Origin: Octopus sinensis | Lineage: Eukaryota | Reading direction: 5' to 3' | Length of the DNA stretch: 64,000 bases | Assembly: GCF_006345805.1 (NCBI RefSeq) | Contig: NC_043001.1 | Coordinates: forward strand, 101,804,001 to 101,868,000 | Shown: positions 12,966 through 24,113 of the stretch, piece by piece | Layout: every line of letters starts with the position of its first letter | Numbering within the stretch: position 1 is the stretch's first letter | Program-made: the position numbers and the translations under genes | The notes under the pieces: generated by a model | What the model was told of the DNA's origin: nothing | Databases searched by the model: none | What the model saw: only the letters and a program-made list of their open reading frames with translations

Positions 12966-13275
12966 GAGGCGCAATGGTCCTGTGGTTAGGGCAGCAGATT
13001 TGCGGTTGTAGGATCGTCGTTTTGATTCCCAGACTAGGCGTTGTAAGTGTTTATTGAGCGAAAACACCCAAAGCTCCACACGGCTCCGGCAGGGGGTGGT
13101 GGCGATCCTTACTGTACTCTTTCACCACAACTTTCTCTCATTCTTTCTTCCAATGGCCTGCTCACTTAGCCAGCGTGGTGGCATCATTTGAAGGCTAAAA
13201 CAATGCGAAGCAGGTTGTGACCAGCGATGCGTAGCAACATCTGATAGCCTGGTTGGTCACAGTGATCACAGTGAT
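12965..13275 (+). mobile_element. tRNA-derived SINE family D
   Basis: GGAGGCGCAATGGTCCTGTGGTTAGGGCAGC head with GTTTTGATTCCC B-box; CACAGTGATCACAGTGA tail; an inverted copy lies at 47385-47690. Confidence 0.8.
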
Positions 13276-13311
13276 ATATATATATAAACATATATACACA
13301 CACACACACAC

Positions 13312-13374
<63 letters not shown>

Positions 13375-13580
13375 CAGATAGCCAGATAGATAGATACATA
13401 CATACATACATACATACATACATACACACATACATACATAAATACATACATACATATAGATATAGATATATACATAGATATAAAAATATATGTGTGTGTA
13501 CGTAGATATATATGCATGTAAACAAATATACATATATGTAAATGTATTTATGTGTATATGCATGTATGTGTGTGTGTGTC
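13276..13580. repeat. (CA)n(GATA)n(TACA)n microsatellite cluster
   Basis: Direct inspection. Confidence 0.95.
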
Positions 13581-13819
13581 TTTCTATTTTTATATATGTA
13601 TTAATTTTAGATACAGGAATGATATGACGCTAAATACTGGTGCCACAATGCTGGTAAAAACGTCTATTAACTTTTTGAAAAACTTTCTCAAACCAAAAAT
13701 AGAATGACTGGGTAATCAAAAAAATTTGCAGAAATAAACAAAACATAAGTGAGATAAATTAACCATTATTTTTTTCCCCAAAATTTGCCAATGTATATAT
13801 TTATATATCTCACTATTTC

Positions 13820-14500
13820 TATATCAATATTTATGTTCCAATATAAAATGGTGAGCTGGCAGAATTGTTAGCTCTCTGGACACAATGATTAGCAGTATTT
13901 TATCTGTCTTTACATTCTGAGTTCAAATTCAACCGAGGTCAACTTTGCCTTTCATCCTTTGGGGTTGATAAAGTACCGGTTGTGTACTGGGGTCGATGTA
14001 ATCAACTCACCCCTGCCCTTGGAAATTGCTGACCCTGTGCCAAAATTTGAAATCACTGTTTATGTATCAATATAAAGCAACAAGCTGGCAGAATTGTTAT
14101 TGTGCCAGGAACAATGCTTAGAAGTATTTCTTCTAACTTTACATTCTGACCCCTAATGTCTCAGGGATCAACTTTGCCTTTTATCTTTTCAGGGTCAATG
14201 AAATAAGTATCAGTTGAGTGTTGGGGTCAATGTATTTAACTTGCAACCTCTCCCCTAATTGCTGGCCTTGTGCCAGAATTTGAAATCAATATTTATGTAT
14301 CAATAAAAGACCGCAAGCTGGCAGAATTGTTAGCATGTCAGACAAAATGCCTAGTGGCATGGCATCTGTTTTTCCATTCTGAGTTCAAATCCTGGCAGGG
14401 TTGACTTTGCTTTTCAGCCATTTGGAGTTGATAGAACAAGTACCAGTTGAGTGCTGGGGTTGATCTAATATTGACTTACCCGCTCCTTCAAAATTTTTGG
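13820..14500 (+). mobile_element. Tandem trimer of SINE family A (alternative tail), period ~230 bp
   Basis: AGCTGGCAGAATTGTTA heads near 13855, 14082 and 14316, each preceded by a TTTATGT(A/T)(T/C)CAATA spacer. Confidence 0.8.
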
Positions 14501-15073
14501 TTAACATTGGGCCTCTCACAGGTAATGACAGGAAGACTGGGACCTTTGGAAATATGCTGTGATTGAGAAGACCCAGCAACTAAAGTGGGATCACAGCCAT
14601 GCATGTCTGGCCCTGTTAAGAATACCCCTGATGTGTCAGGCCATATGATATGCTTGAGAAGACCTGCTGAGTCAAGTAAAACCAATATCATAGCTGTGGC
14701 CAGTTCCCACTGACTGGCTTCTGTGCTGGTGGCAAGTAAAAGCACCATCTGAACATGGTCGATGCCAGGTCCTCCTGACTGGCTCCTATGCCGGTGGCAC
14801 ATAAAAAGAACCAACCGATCATGGCCGATGCCACTACCTCCCGACTGGCTCTTGTGCCAGTTGCGCGTAAAAACTGCCATCCAAACATTACCAAATCCAG
14901 GCCCACCTAACTGGCTCCTGTGCTGGTGGTACATAAAATGCACCCACCACACTCTTGGAGTGGTTGGCGTTAGGAAGGGCATCCAGCTGTAGAAACATTG
15001 CCAGATCAGGCCTCAGTTAAGACGTCCAACCCATGCCCAGCATGGAAAACGGACGTTAAACGATGATGATGAT
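14500..15073 (+). mobile_element. RTE-type 3' end (family B) with internal ~55-bp tandem units, inserted in the third SINE A unit
   Basis: Repeated CTGACTGGCTCCTGTGCCGGTGGCAC-TAAAA-type units, GGTTGGCGTTAGGAAGGGCATCCAGCTG, (GAT)n tail. The SINE tail GTGCCAAAATTT resumes at ~15073. Confidence 0.8.
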
Positions 15074-15485
15074 GTGCCAAAATTTAAAACCACTTTTCAT
15101 ATCATTGGCATCATCTTACCATTCAGTTTTCCATTCTTGCAGGGTCAGGCAAAACTTCACAGGGCCAGATTTTTGTCAGCAAAACGGTCAAGTGTGTTAA
15201 CTGGGGATTATAAACAAATGACACCCTTGGTGTGAACAGAGGGTTTCGTTTACAATTAGAGGACTGGCATCAAAAGAAGAAGAAACACACACACACACAC
15301 AAATAAGATAATATGTGTTTGTACTGTAGAAAGATATATATATTCTATCTAAAATGTGTCATGTGAAATAGATGTCTCTTTTGGTATCATCCATTTTTTT
15401 CTTTCTCCTGCCTCTCAGTCCTTTTTTTTGTCTTCTTTATGATAAAATGTCACACATATATATACACACACATATATATATATAA

Positions 15486-15539
<54 letters not shown>

Positions 15540-15577
15540 TATATATATATAAAATTATATATATATATATATATATA

Positions 15578-15619
<42 letters not shown>

Positions 15620-16146
15620 TGTAGGCAAGTGAAATCACAATCAAAATCAAATTCGCTGATGTGGCCAACGACAGCACCACCTGATTGTCACCCGTGCCAG
15701 TGGAACATTAACAGCACCATCCAAGCATGATCATTGCCAGGGCCCTTGAATGGCTCCCATGCCAGTGGCACATAAAAAGCATCATTCAAGCGTGATCGTT
15801 GCTAGCATCACCTTACCAGCACATGTGCTGGTGGCTCATGAAAAACAACATTCGAGTGAGGTTGTTGCCAGTGCTGCTGGACTGGCTCCTGTGCAGGTGG
15901 CACATAAAAAAACTCCATTTGAGCATGGCCATCGCCAGTACTGCCTGACTGGCCCTCATGCCAGTGGCACGTAAAAGCACCCACTACACTCTCAGAGTGG
16001 TTGGCATTAGAAAGGGCATCCAGCTGTAGAAACTCTGCCAGATCAGATTGAGCCTGGTGCAGCCTTCTGGCTCACCAGTCCTCAGTCAAACCATTCAACC
16101 CATGTCAGCATGGAAAGCAGACACTAAACGATGATGATGATGATGA
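15620..16146 (+). mobile_element. RTE-type 3' end (family B) with tandem stem-loop units
   Basis: About five GTGCCAGTGGCAC-TAAAA-type units, then the conserved 3' terminus and (GAT)n tail. Confidence 0.8.
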
Positions 16147-16171
16147 GATATCTATATATATATATATATAT

Positions 16172-16790
16172 TTTGTGAAATAGAAAGATGAATAATCTTG
16201 TTGCAGATTAATCAAAAGTTTAACCGATACCTTGGTAGCAAAAATCACAGCAGAAGACAGCACGGTTGGAGGTACAACCATATGGTGTTGCAACCGTGCG
16301 TTGGTGCGGATAATTGAATTTTAATATTATTAGTGAATTGAAGAAATGGAGTTGAACGAAGATTGAACAGAAATCGTTTTATTGCATTCTACACGTGTTT
16401 CGAAAGGCACAATTTACCAAATTCCGATTGAATAATGAGACCATATTGTGTCTTTCTCTTCAGGAAGAAATAGGAAATCCGTTGGAAAAAACAAAAACAG
16501 AACAGAGGCGGAGCAAAACAAATCTAACGAGGCTCCTAAGAGCCCCTGGCCAAACTCTTATATAGAGTTTGGCCATGGGCTCTTAGGAGCCTCGTTCGAT
16601 TTGTTTTGCTCCGCCTCTGTTCTGTTTTGTTTTTTCCAACGGATTTCCTATTTCTTCCTGAAGAGAAAGACACAATATGGTCTCATTATTCAATCGGAAT
16701 TTGGTAAATTGTGCCTTTCGAAACACGTGTAGAATGCAATAAAACGATTTCTGTTCAATCTTCGTTCAACTCCATTTCTTCAATTCACTA
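16172..16790 (-). mobile_element. Penelope-like terminal-repeat element with foldback: arms 16331-16558 and 16564-16790, inserted in (TA)n
   Basis: Arms are reverse complements with only ~3 differences around a TATAT loop. Unpaired extension 16172-16330. (TA)n on both sides; hammerhead core in the arm. Confidence 0.7.
16655..16734 (+). ncRNA. Minimal (Penelope-type) hammerhead ribozyme motif; mirror copy on the minus strand at ~16387-16466
   Basis: CUGAAGA (16658-16664); stem II GAAAGACACAAT/ATTGTGCCTTTC (11/12 paired); GAAA (16720-16723); palindromic ACACGTGT stem III; GUA cleavage triplet ending at 16731; short stem I TTC/GAA; AATAAA at 16738. Confidence 0.65.
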
Positions 16791-16806
16791 TATATATATA
16801 TTATAT

Positions 16807-16857
<51 letters not shown>

Positions 16858-16917
16858 GTGTGTGTGTGTATATATATATGTGTGTGTGTGTATATATGTA
16901 TGTGTGTGTATATATAT

Positions 16918-16957
<40 letters not shown>

Positions 16958-17052
16958 TATATATATATTATATATATTATATATTATATATTATATATAT
17001 ATATATATATACACACAAATATATATATATATTATATATATGTATGTATATA

Positions 17053-17106
<54 letters not shown>
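16791..17106. repeat. (TA)n/(TG)n microsatellite
   Basis: Direct inspection. Confidence 0.95.
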
Positions 17107-17107
<1 letters not shown>

Positions 17108-17896
17108 GAAATACATTGTGCAAATACAATCAGATGCAGAGGACATATATGTACATAGAATATCTACATAGTGTCATAGCTTCCATGTCACACCTACACT
17201 GATCTATATCCTGTACAAAATGCTCCACTGAAAACTCCTTTCACAGTCAGGACTATTCCTAAGCATAAATCAAATCCAAGGTTTAACCCCGCACATGCTT
17301 CCCAATGATTTTTATCAGATTCTGATTACACTGTGAGTGAGAAAGTTGTCTCTATTTGCCCATAAAACAAACCAGAAAACATAGAGAAATCACACTGACT
17401 GCACTGGTGAATGTATAAAATTATTAAAGTCATGTCTATACATGATTATAAGTTTTCAGCAGATCAATGATGTTTTCATATTTTCAATGAGATTCAATCA
17501 AGTGTGAAAAGAAATCTCTTTATGGTAAGTGAACATCACTTGAGAGAAAACTCCATGGTTGAACGACAAATAGGATTTATTAATTTGATAGTTTCTTCTT
17601 AATAAATAAATGTAACAATATGTGTGTGCGTGTGTGTGTGTGTGTATGAATATATGTATGTATGTATATATGCATGCATGTCTGTATGTAGGTATGTAGC
17701 TATGTTTATACACACACACTTATATGAAGATAAATAGGTAGATACATACATACATACATACAAATATTTACATATATATACACAGATTAATAGAGATATA
17801 TACACATAGATGTATACATATATACAGACATACACACATACACACACACACACACATATATATACATACATACATGCATATGTGTGTGTGCATGTG

Positions 17897-17937
<41 letters not shown>

Positions 17938-18324
17938 TGTGTGTGTGTGTGTCAGTGTGTACATGCATATATGTGGTGAGAGAGCAAAAAAATAACACAA
18001 TGGAATAAGTTCATGAGCGAAAATATTAATAAGAATGCAAGCCATTCCTGTACTAAATGTATTTCATCTTAATTTGTCTCACTTTGGACTCATTAACACA
18101 ACGTTGCTTAAAAATTGTCAGCAGTGAATTAAAAGATGTTCAAAAGTGTGACACAAGTTTCCGTGATAAAACGGTATTAAAAAAAAGACCTGAAATATCC
18201 CATAAAACCAACACATGTATAAATTTCCATCCATCCCAGATGGTTCTTTTGTTTCACTGAGCCAATCATGTGATTCCTTTCATGATTTGGCTGTTGACAA
18301 AGAGCCAACAGTATTAACTAAAAT

Positions 18325-18550
18325 TTATCTTTTATTTTTCGTTTGTCTTAGTCATTAGACTTCAGCCATGCTGGAGCACCACCTTGAATGAATTGACGCT
18401 GGTATTTATTTTCTATAAAACCTGATACTAATTCTGTCAGTTTCTTTTGCGGAACGACTAAGTTACAGGGACATAAACATACCAACACCAGTTATCATGT
18501 AGTGGTGGGAGACAAACACAAATACAAACACACACAGATACATGTGTGTG
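18325..18550 (-). mobile_element. SINE family C, 3' part
   Basis: CAGCCATGCTGGAGCACCACCTTGAA...CTAAGTTACAGGGACATAAACATACCAACACC. Confidence 0.7.
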
Positions 18551-18589
18551 TATTTTACTAGCTTAGTGCGTTGAGTTAAGATTCAGCAA

Positions 18590-19297
18590 GAGGATCACAA
18601 CAAAATCCTGGGATTGGTTAAAAGGGGGCCATTAAAAAAGAAACAGAGCTTAATTGTAGCAGCCCAAGATCAGGCAATAAAAGCAAACAACTTGAGAAAA
18701 AATATATATGGAGAGAATGTGTTAGAAAAATGTAGAGCCTGTGAAACTTGGAACGAGACACTGGCACTTAATGTGGCAGAATGCTCCAAGTTGGCACAGG
18801 AAGAATATTAGAAATGGAAGCACGACCAGGTTGTAAAAGTTTCACACTGGAAAGGGTGCCAGAAATGGGGATTTGAGGCTGGAAACACATGGTACAATCC
18901 TCAAGTCAACTGAGTACTGAAGTCAGAGAAATGTAAAATTTTGTGGGATTTTGCTATTCAAACAGACAAGAAGTTAGAAAATAATAGATCAGACATAATG
19001 ATTATAGATAATGGAAAACAAAGTTCATTACCAATCGAACCATCATGCCCGTTTGATTCCAAGATTATAAAGAAAGAGGAAGAAAAACACAAAAAACAAA
19101 TACAATCCCGTAAAGTTTGAAATAAGAAGAATTTGGAGCATGGGAACAGTAAAGGTTGTGTCTATAATAATTGGTTTGTTGGGAACAATAAGTCAGGATA
19201 TAGACAAAATGGCTGAAGGAATCTGGAATAGAATGCTTGGTAGAGCTCCTACAGAAAGTTTGTCTCTTAAGGGACAGCAAGGATTATCAGGACTGTT
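18590..19297 (+). mobile_element. R4/Dong-type non-LTR retrotransposon C-terminal remnant (zinc knuckle and RLE endonuclease)
   Basis: LIVAAQDQAI, CRAC..NET...VAECSKLA, KHDQV, KILWDFAIQTDKKLENNRSDI, and a terminal GTARII-type motif; contains stops. Confidence 0.85.
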
Positions 19298-19692
19298 CTA
19301 AGCACTTGAGAAGCCTAATCTCTCAAGATTGGTATTTAGGCAGTGTGTTACATATCCCAGTACCCCAATAATTACAGGTATAAACCTGAACTTGCAATCT
19401 TGATAGAGTAACTGCAGATTTCTCAATAGTTCAGTATAGGTGTTCTCTTTTCCACTGATCTTCAGTTTTATCTTAACATCTGCTGGGCAGCTAATTTCCA
19501 CAACTGTACACAGTTTCTCTTCTCTATCCCAAATCGTTATATCAGGTCTGTTGTACTTACATTTCATTGAGGTCTTCACTGGGACATTCCACCAGCACTC
19601 CTTTTTATTATGAGTGGCTATGGCTTCAACCATATTGTACGTTTTTATTTCTTTGTCCTCAGGGTTATCTTTCCAACAGATCTTATTATACA

Positions 19693-19857
19693 GTACATTA
19701 TTTACATTATTTACATTTGACGGATATTTGTGCTCATCTTGTTTGTTGTTAACACGTTTTGGCTGATATGCCCACAGGCATATGGCGTAGTGGTTAAGAG
19801 TGCAAGCTACTAACCCCAAGATTTCAAGTTTGATTCAAAGCAGTGACATGAACAATG

Positions 19858-19888
<31 letters not shown>

Positions 19889-20070
19889 TAACATTGAAAA
19901 ATACCTTAGGAATGAGAACCCAGGTTCAAAATTTCTCCAAGACACCTGATGAAGGCTGGAGGGTATATCCGCTGAAACGTTGTGTTAACAACAAACAAGA
20001 TGAGGACAAATATCCTCAAATGTAAATAATGTAAACAATGTACATAATTCCTCATCTCTTAAATATAGAA
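19693..20070 (+). mobile_element. Non-autonomous element with a tRNA-like Pol III promoter, (AAT)n linker, hammerhead core and a 5' inverted copy of its 3' end
   Basis: A-box TGGCGTAGTGG (19783-19793); B-box-like GTTTGATTC (19828-19836); hammerhead at 19941-19986; 19693-19769 is the reverse complement of 19965-20043. Second copy at 54206-54810. Confidence 0.75.
19941..19986 (+). ncRNA. Minimal hammerhead ribozyme motif
   Basis: Stem I GACAC/GTGTT; CUGAUGA (19946-19952) plus an extra A; stem II GGCTG/CCGCT (perfect GGCTG/CAGCC in the 54 kb copy); GAAA (19974-19977); palindromic AACGTT; GUU triplet. Confidence 0.6.
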
Positions 20071-20737
20071 CACCTCACTGAGCCAATGACTAGTTACCGA
20101 GGCTTTTGGAAATATGCTGTGCTTGAGAAGATCCAGCAAGCCAAGTGAGACCATAACCTGCGGCCTATGCCAGGTGTGTAACCAGCCCACTTATGCATAC
20201 TTTCCTTCATTGGACACTAAACTCTGCTTGTGAAGACCTGTCGGGGCAAGTGGAATTGAAATCGAAATCAAATTCAATGACTGGCATCCATGCTAGTGGA
20301 GCGCTAAGAGCACCATCCGAGTGTGATCATTGCCAGAGCAGCTGACTGGCTTCTATGCCGGTGGCATGTAAAAAAAACCATTCAAGCGTGATTGTTACCA
20401 GTGTCACCTTACTAGCACTTGTGCTGGTGGCATGTGAAAAAACATTCGAGCGAGGTCGTTGCCAGTGCTGCTGGACTGGCCCCTGTGCAGGTGACACGTA
20501 AAAAGCACCATTTGAGCGTGGCCATTGCCAGTACTGCCTGACTGGCCCTCATGCCTGTGGCATGTAAAAGCACCCACTACACTCTCAGAGTGGTTGGCAT
20601 TAGGAAGGGCATCCAGCTGTAGAAACTTTGCCAGATCAAGATTGGAGCCTGGTGCAGCCATCTGGTTCGCCAGTCCTCAGTCAAATCGTCCAACCCATGC
20701 CAGCATGGAAAGCGGACATTAATTGATGATGATGGTG
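20071..20737 (+). mobile_element. RTE-type 3' end (family B) with tandem units and (GAT)n tail
   Basis: Closely similar to 15620-16146. Confidence 0.8.
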
Positions 20738-22141
20738 ATTATACAGTGTCCTAGCAGCAGCTTCATGTCTCATCGGTAGATAATACCGTGATGACATTTT
20801 CGGATAACTGCTTATGATGTGGGTGATATCTTCGGTGTTAACTCCACAAAGTTTGCATCGGTTGTCACATTTTGCTGCTTTTCCTGCATCTCTGTCCCTT
20901 TTGTGCATCAGGTACTCAGTTGAGATTTCCTGTTCCTGGATTGCAAACGCATACCATTCAATGTAGGAAGTAGTAATCCGGTTATTGATCCATGTTTGAC
21001 AGTTTTGATGATCGATGTTACTATCATCTCGGAGCTTCCTACTGACATATCCATGCAAGATCTTCTGCTCATATAGGTTCATCCTTTCATGTAATGATAC
21101 ATGGCGGTAGAGTCATGTGACTTATTTAAGCATATATTTAAGGTTATCAGACAAAGAATGCTACCCAAGGAGGTGCTTTCTATGTCTCATGATGTAATCA
21201 GCCTCATGTATGCAAACTTGAGCAAGGGATACACTTCAACAGCTAGTGGTCAAAAGATGCTGCGCTAAGGATACGATATGACATTCAAAGGCATTTTGGA
21301 TCGATGTTAAGCCTCTAACATGTTTCTTTTTATAGAGAGGCAGTCTAAGTCACTGTTGAGGTGGAAATTATGTTTGCTTGTTAGTATCTTCTGGGTTTTC
21401 AAATCAATGGCTCAGATCTCATCAAGCATCCAATCAAACAGCCCAAATGTTGGTATAAATACTGCTATTGCAAACACATTGTGGGCCACTGTTTTATTGA
21501 ATGCAGGGAGTTCCGAGGTCCATATTTTCTTTATTCAGTTATAATATTCTTTAGTGACGTGTTTTGTTACAGGTGTTATGGCAAGATATGTTTTTATCCA
21601 CCCTTAGAAACTTGTAATATTCCTCATCAGACATAGAGGAAACAGTCAAATCATTGGTGGAGATGCTGCTAGTCTGGTTTACAAATTTCCCTCTTTTCAC
21701 AACCATATAACGACATTTATCCTGACCAAACTCCAACTGTGTATCTCTTGAGAATGTTGGAACCAGGTCAAGGCTCTTTTTCATCTCATGTATATTTTTT
21801 GCATATAGCTTCAAGTCATTCACAAAGAAACAGTGAGTAATTTCTGTATTTCTGTTTCCTTGTCAACCAGTGAGATATCTTTAAGACTTTCTTAACATGA
21901 ATGACAAAAGGTTTACAGAAAGTATAAACAACATCCCAGATAGGCTGTCCCCATAGAATATGCCTCTGTGATATTATATTCCAGCAGTGATAATACAATC
22001 ACTCCTTGTATGTATGTATGTATGTATAACAGAACAAAAGCATATACAGGCAGTCAACAGGTATCAAGTCAGTTTGTTATGCATTTCCTTTATACTTATA
22101 TAGCATACTAAAGATAAAAGCAAATATATATAAAGAAATAT

Positions 22142-22202
<61 letters not shown>

Positions 22203-22985
22203 CAGGGTGCAGTCTGAATTATTCAGAAATGAAACTGACATTTCATTTACTAAAATTACATAAAAATATCTTGAAATACTAAAGAGTAAATTTATTCAAT
22301 AAATTCGCCATTGGCTTCGAGTACGGCCTCCAGACAACTTTGGAATCTCCTGCAACTTTTTTAGTTGGTGAATGCTGCCATAATACTTGCCTTCAGTTAA
22401 TCTTTGGTGTTACAAATTTTGTTAGTTTCTTGCTCACATAATAATCAAGTGGGATGCAGTCTGAGGAGTTAGGTGGCTAGATGTTAAGGGGTGATGTGGT
22501 CGCAGAAATTGTCTGACAGCCATGACTGGGTTCTCCTGTTTGTGTGACATGGTGCAGAGTCCTGTTGCCAGACATATTCTTCCAGCAACTACCCTCTTGA
22601 CCCAAGGCAGCACTACCTCCTCCAGGCACTTGATGTAGGCCTTCTTGTTAAGTGTGAGGTGGTGTGGGAAGATGAATTGAGACATAATGCTACCATCACT
22701 AATGATCACCCCAAACACTATAATGTTCGATTTTTATCACTCTCGGTACATGTCCTCAGATTGACGACACCCAAACACTCTGAAATGTTCGTATTGGAGC
22801 TTCCAGAACGAATGCCAAGTAGTACAGCATGTCGTCTCCAAATTTCTGGCAGAGTGAATTGCATCATGGTGCCGGTTTTCTCACAGATGGTGCCCAACTG
22901 ACTCGACTGTAAATCAAAAACAAACAATGGACCTGGGCGAAATTAAAAATATGAAATGGTGACAATTTACACATAGCACCGTCTG
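22203..22985 (-). mobile_element. Internally deleted Tc1/mariner-superfamily element (maT/DD37D-like)
   Basis: Starts TA|CAGGGTG. Remnants MFGVIISDGSIMSQFIFP..LNKKAYIKCLEEVVLPW and a frameshifted PPNS.DC.PLDY-like motif; N-terminal HTH-like RRHAVLLGIRSG...ISECLGV. Confidence 0.7.
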
Positions 22986-23172
22986 TGTGTGTGTGTGTGT
23001 GTGTAAATTTAATGCACACTCTATGCATTTAACTAATCCGGAGGTACTCACAAAAAAAAAAGCTCTTTTAGTGGACCAGGCTATGAACAATGAAGGCTGT
23101 GAAATAATCTTTGTTATACATCTATCAATTGGTGAAATAAATATATTCATCTTATACCTCCTCTCTTTCTTT

Positions 23173-23535
23173 CATCATCATCGTCGTCATCATCATCATC
23201 GTTTAACGTCCGTTTTATATGCTAGCATGGGTTAGACGGTTTGCCTGAGGACTGGCAAGCCTGTAGGCTGCACCAGGCTCCAATCTGATCTGGCAAGGTT
23301 TCTACAGCTGGATGCCCTTCCTTACACCAACTACTCCGAGAGTGTACTGAGTACTTTTTATATGCCACCAGAATGGGGAGCCAATCAGGCAGAACTGGCA
23401 TCGACCATGTTTGGATGGTGCTTTTCACATGCCACCATCACAGGTGCCAGGTGGGGGGAACTGGCATCAACCACATTTGGATAGTGTTTTTTTACATGCC
23501 ACCGGCATGGGGAGCCAGTCAGGCGTTACTGACAT
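23173..23535 (-). mobile_element. RTE-type 3' end (family B)
   Basis: (CAT)n CGTTTAACGTCCG...CTACAGCTGGATGCCCTTCC. Confidence 0.8.
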
Positions 23536-23899
23536 CGATAGATAGAGGAGGAAGTGAGAAATAGTCTGGAATGTGGAAAGTTCATAATAGCTGTAATCCA
23601 AATGAATGTAAGATAAAGCAGAATGGAAGTCCATAGTGTTGATGAGGCATAGATTGCTAAGGTAGGTCAATGGTATCAAGGTATCTGTGAATTATTAAAT
23701 TAATGAACGTTGTAGATTAAAATGAATAATAAAATAAGGACATGACTTAAAGTTTAGTAATTTGCATTTGTTAATTGTAGACATCTGTAATTAGTGTAAA
23801 TATATAGTAAGTGTTAATGTTTAATTTTTATATATTTAAAAAGGATATCAAGAAATGCAGGTAGGAATATAATAAAGAAGTGCTGGTACCACATTTCAA

Positions 23900-24082
23900 G
23901 CACTGGTGCTGGTGCCATGTAAAAGTCACCCAGAACACTGTGTTAAGTGGTTGGCATTAGGAAGGGCATCCAGCTGTAGAGACTATGCCAAGACACAATT
24001 GGAGCCTGGTGCAGTTCTCTGGCATTGCCAGCTCCTGTCAAGCCATCCAACCCATGCCAGCATGGAAAGCAGACATTAGATA

Positions 24083-24113
<31 letters not shown>

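Larger units (their letters stand above)
19298..22010 (-). mobile_element. R4/Dong-type non-LTR retrotransposon remnant (RT, zinc knuckle, RLE), split by the 19695-20737 insertion
   Basis: RGIFYGDSLSGMLF and FVNDLKLYA (RT); FAIQEQEIST; CKLCGVNTEDITHIISS; RHE; then YNRPDITIWDREEKLCTVVEISCPAD (RLE). Frameshifted. Confidence 0.85.

Noticed and set aside
15655-15990. Regularly spaced palindromic repeats resembling a CRISPR array
   Set aside because: The intervening sequences are homologous to each other, the context is a eukaryotic retroelement UTR, and there are no cas genes.
17459-17530. Plus-strand mini-exon (TTTTCAG...ATG|GTAAGT)
   Set aside because: Stops in all three frames, and such splice-like motifs are expected by chance in 64 kb of AT-rich DNA.
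19777-19848. Functional tRNA gene (also SINE heads at 6535, 12965, 35682, 47690, 54727)
   Set aside because: A/B boxes are present, but acceptor and T stems are degenerate and each is fused to a repeat body.
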